Shown one piece after another: positions 42,013 through 42,027 of a DNA stretch of 42,027 nt (position 1 is the stretch's first letter; every line of letters starts with the position of its first letter). The translations under genes and the position numbers were made by a program. The notes beneath the pieces were generated by a model. The model ran no database searches and had not been told where the DNA came from. It saw only the letters and a program-made list of their open reading frames with translations. Source of the DNA: Candidatus Woesearchaeota archaeon (GTDB lineage Archaea > Nanobdellota > Nanobdellia > SCGC-AAA011-G17 > ARS1403); the NCBI GenBank assembly GCA_964367085.1, contig CAYIWL010000002.1:1-42027 (forward strand), in the 5' to 3' direction.

Positions 42013-42027
42013 GAAATTTTGATAAGA

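Noticed and set aside
1-42027. Alternative genetic code or stop-codon recoding.
   Set aside because: Long ORFs with conserved motifs terminate at all three standard stops, and no family-recognisable gene needs read-through. The three interrupted genes are explained by 1-nt homopolymer shifts, not by in-frame stops alone.

Overview
This is an AT-rich (about one-third G+C by eye), very gene-dense 42-kb window. The informational backbone is archaeal: ribosomal proteins L35Ae and L10e/uL16, diphthine synthase, an XPD/Rad3 FeS helicase, a Nip7-like PUA protein and the archaeal GTPase-DUF2073-Zn-ribbon trio. TATA-like boxes often sit about 25 nt from start codons, which suggests leaderless transcripts. 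The reduced metabolism (only purE-purC-purB), many small hypothetical genes and many toxin-antitoxin modules fit a small-genome, DPANN-like archaeon; that assignment is inference only. Bacterial-type genes are interleaved with this backbone. They are a complete sigma-70 factor with a long N-terminal extension, signal peptidase II (LspA), a CheY-like receiver and a secreted protein with an OMP-like beta-barrel C-terminus. Accessory content includes two wHTH-nucleotidyltransferase/HEPN pairs, fused NTase-HEPN proteins, VapBC, a DUF4258/Zn-ribbon-AbrB module, a PIN(DUF3368)/UPF0175 pair, a frameshifted RelE, a ParE relic, an intact IS481-like element with target duplication, and a solo IS end. 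The best candidates for undescribed biology are: (1) the sigma-70 unit at 118-2972; (2) the three-gene operon 21546->17173, which contains a TIM barrel split by a ~230-aa insert; (3) the nine-gene operon 28207->24384, which carries a CheY receiver, an AbrB-like protein and a TIKI/TraB-like protein; (4) the cell-surface island at 35.6-40.2 kb, with Tat+lipobox paralogues and a beta-barrel-like protein, considered together with lspA. I found no rRNA, tRNA or CRISPR array. All family calls come from motif reading by eye, with no searches run.
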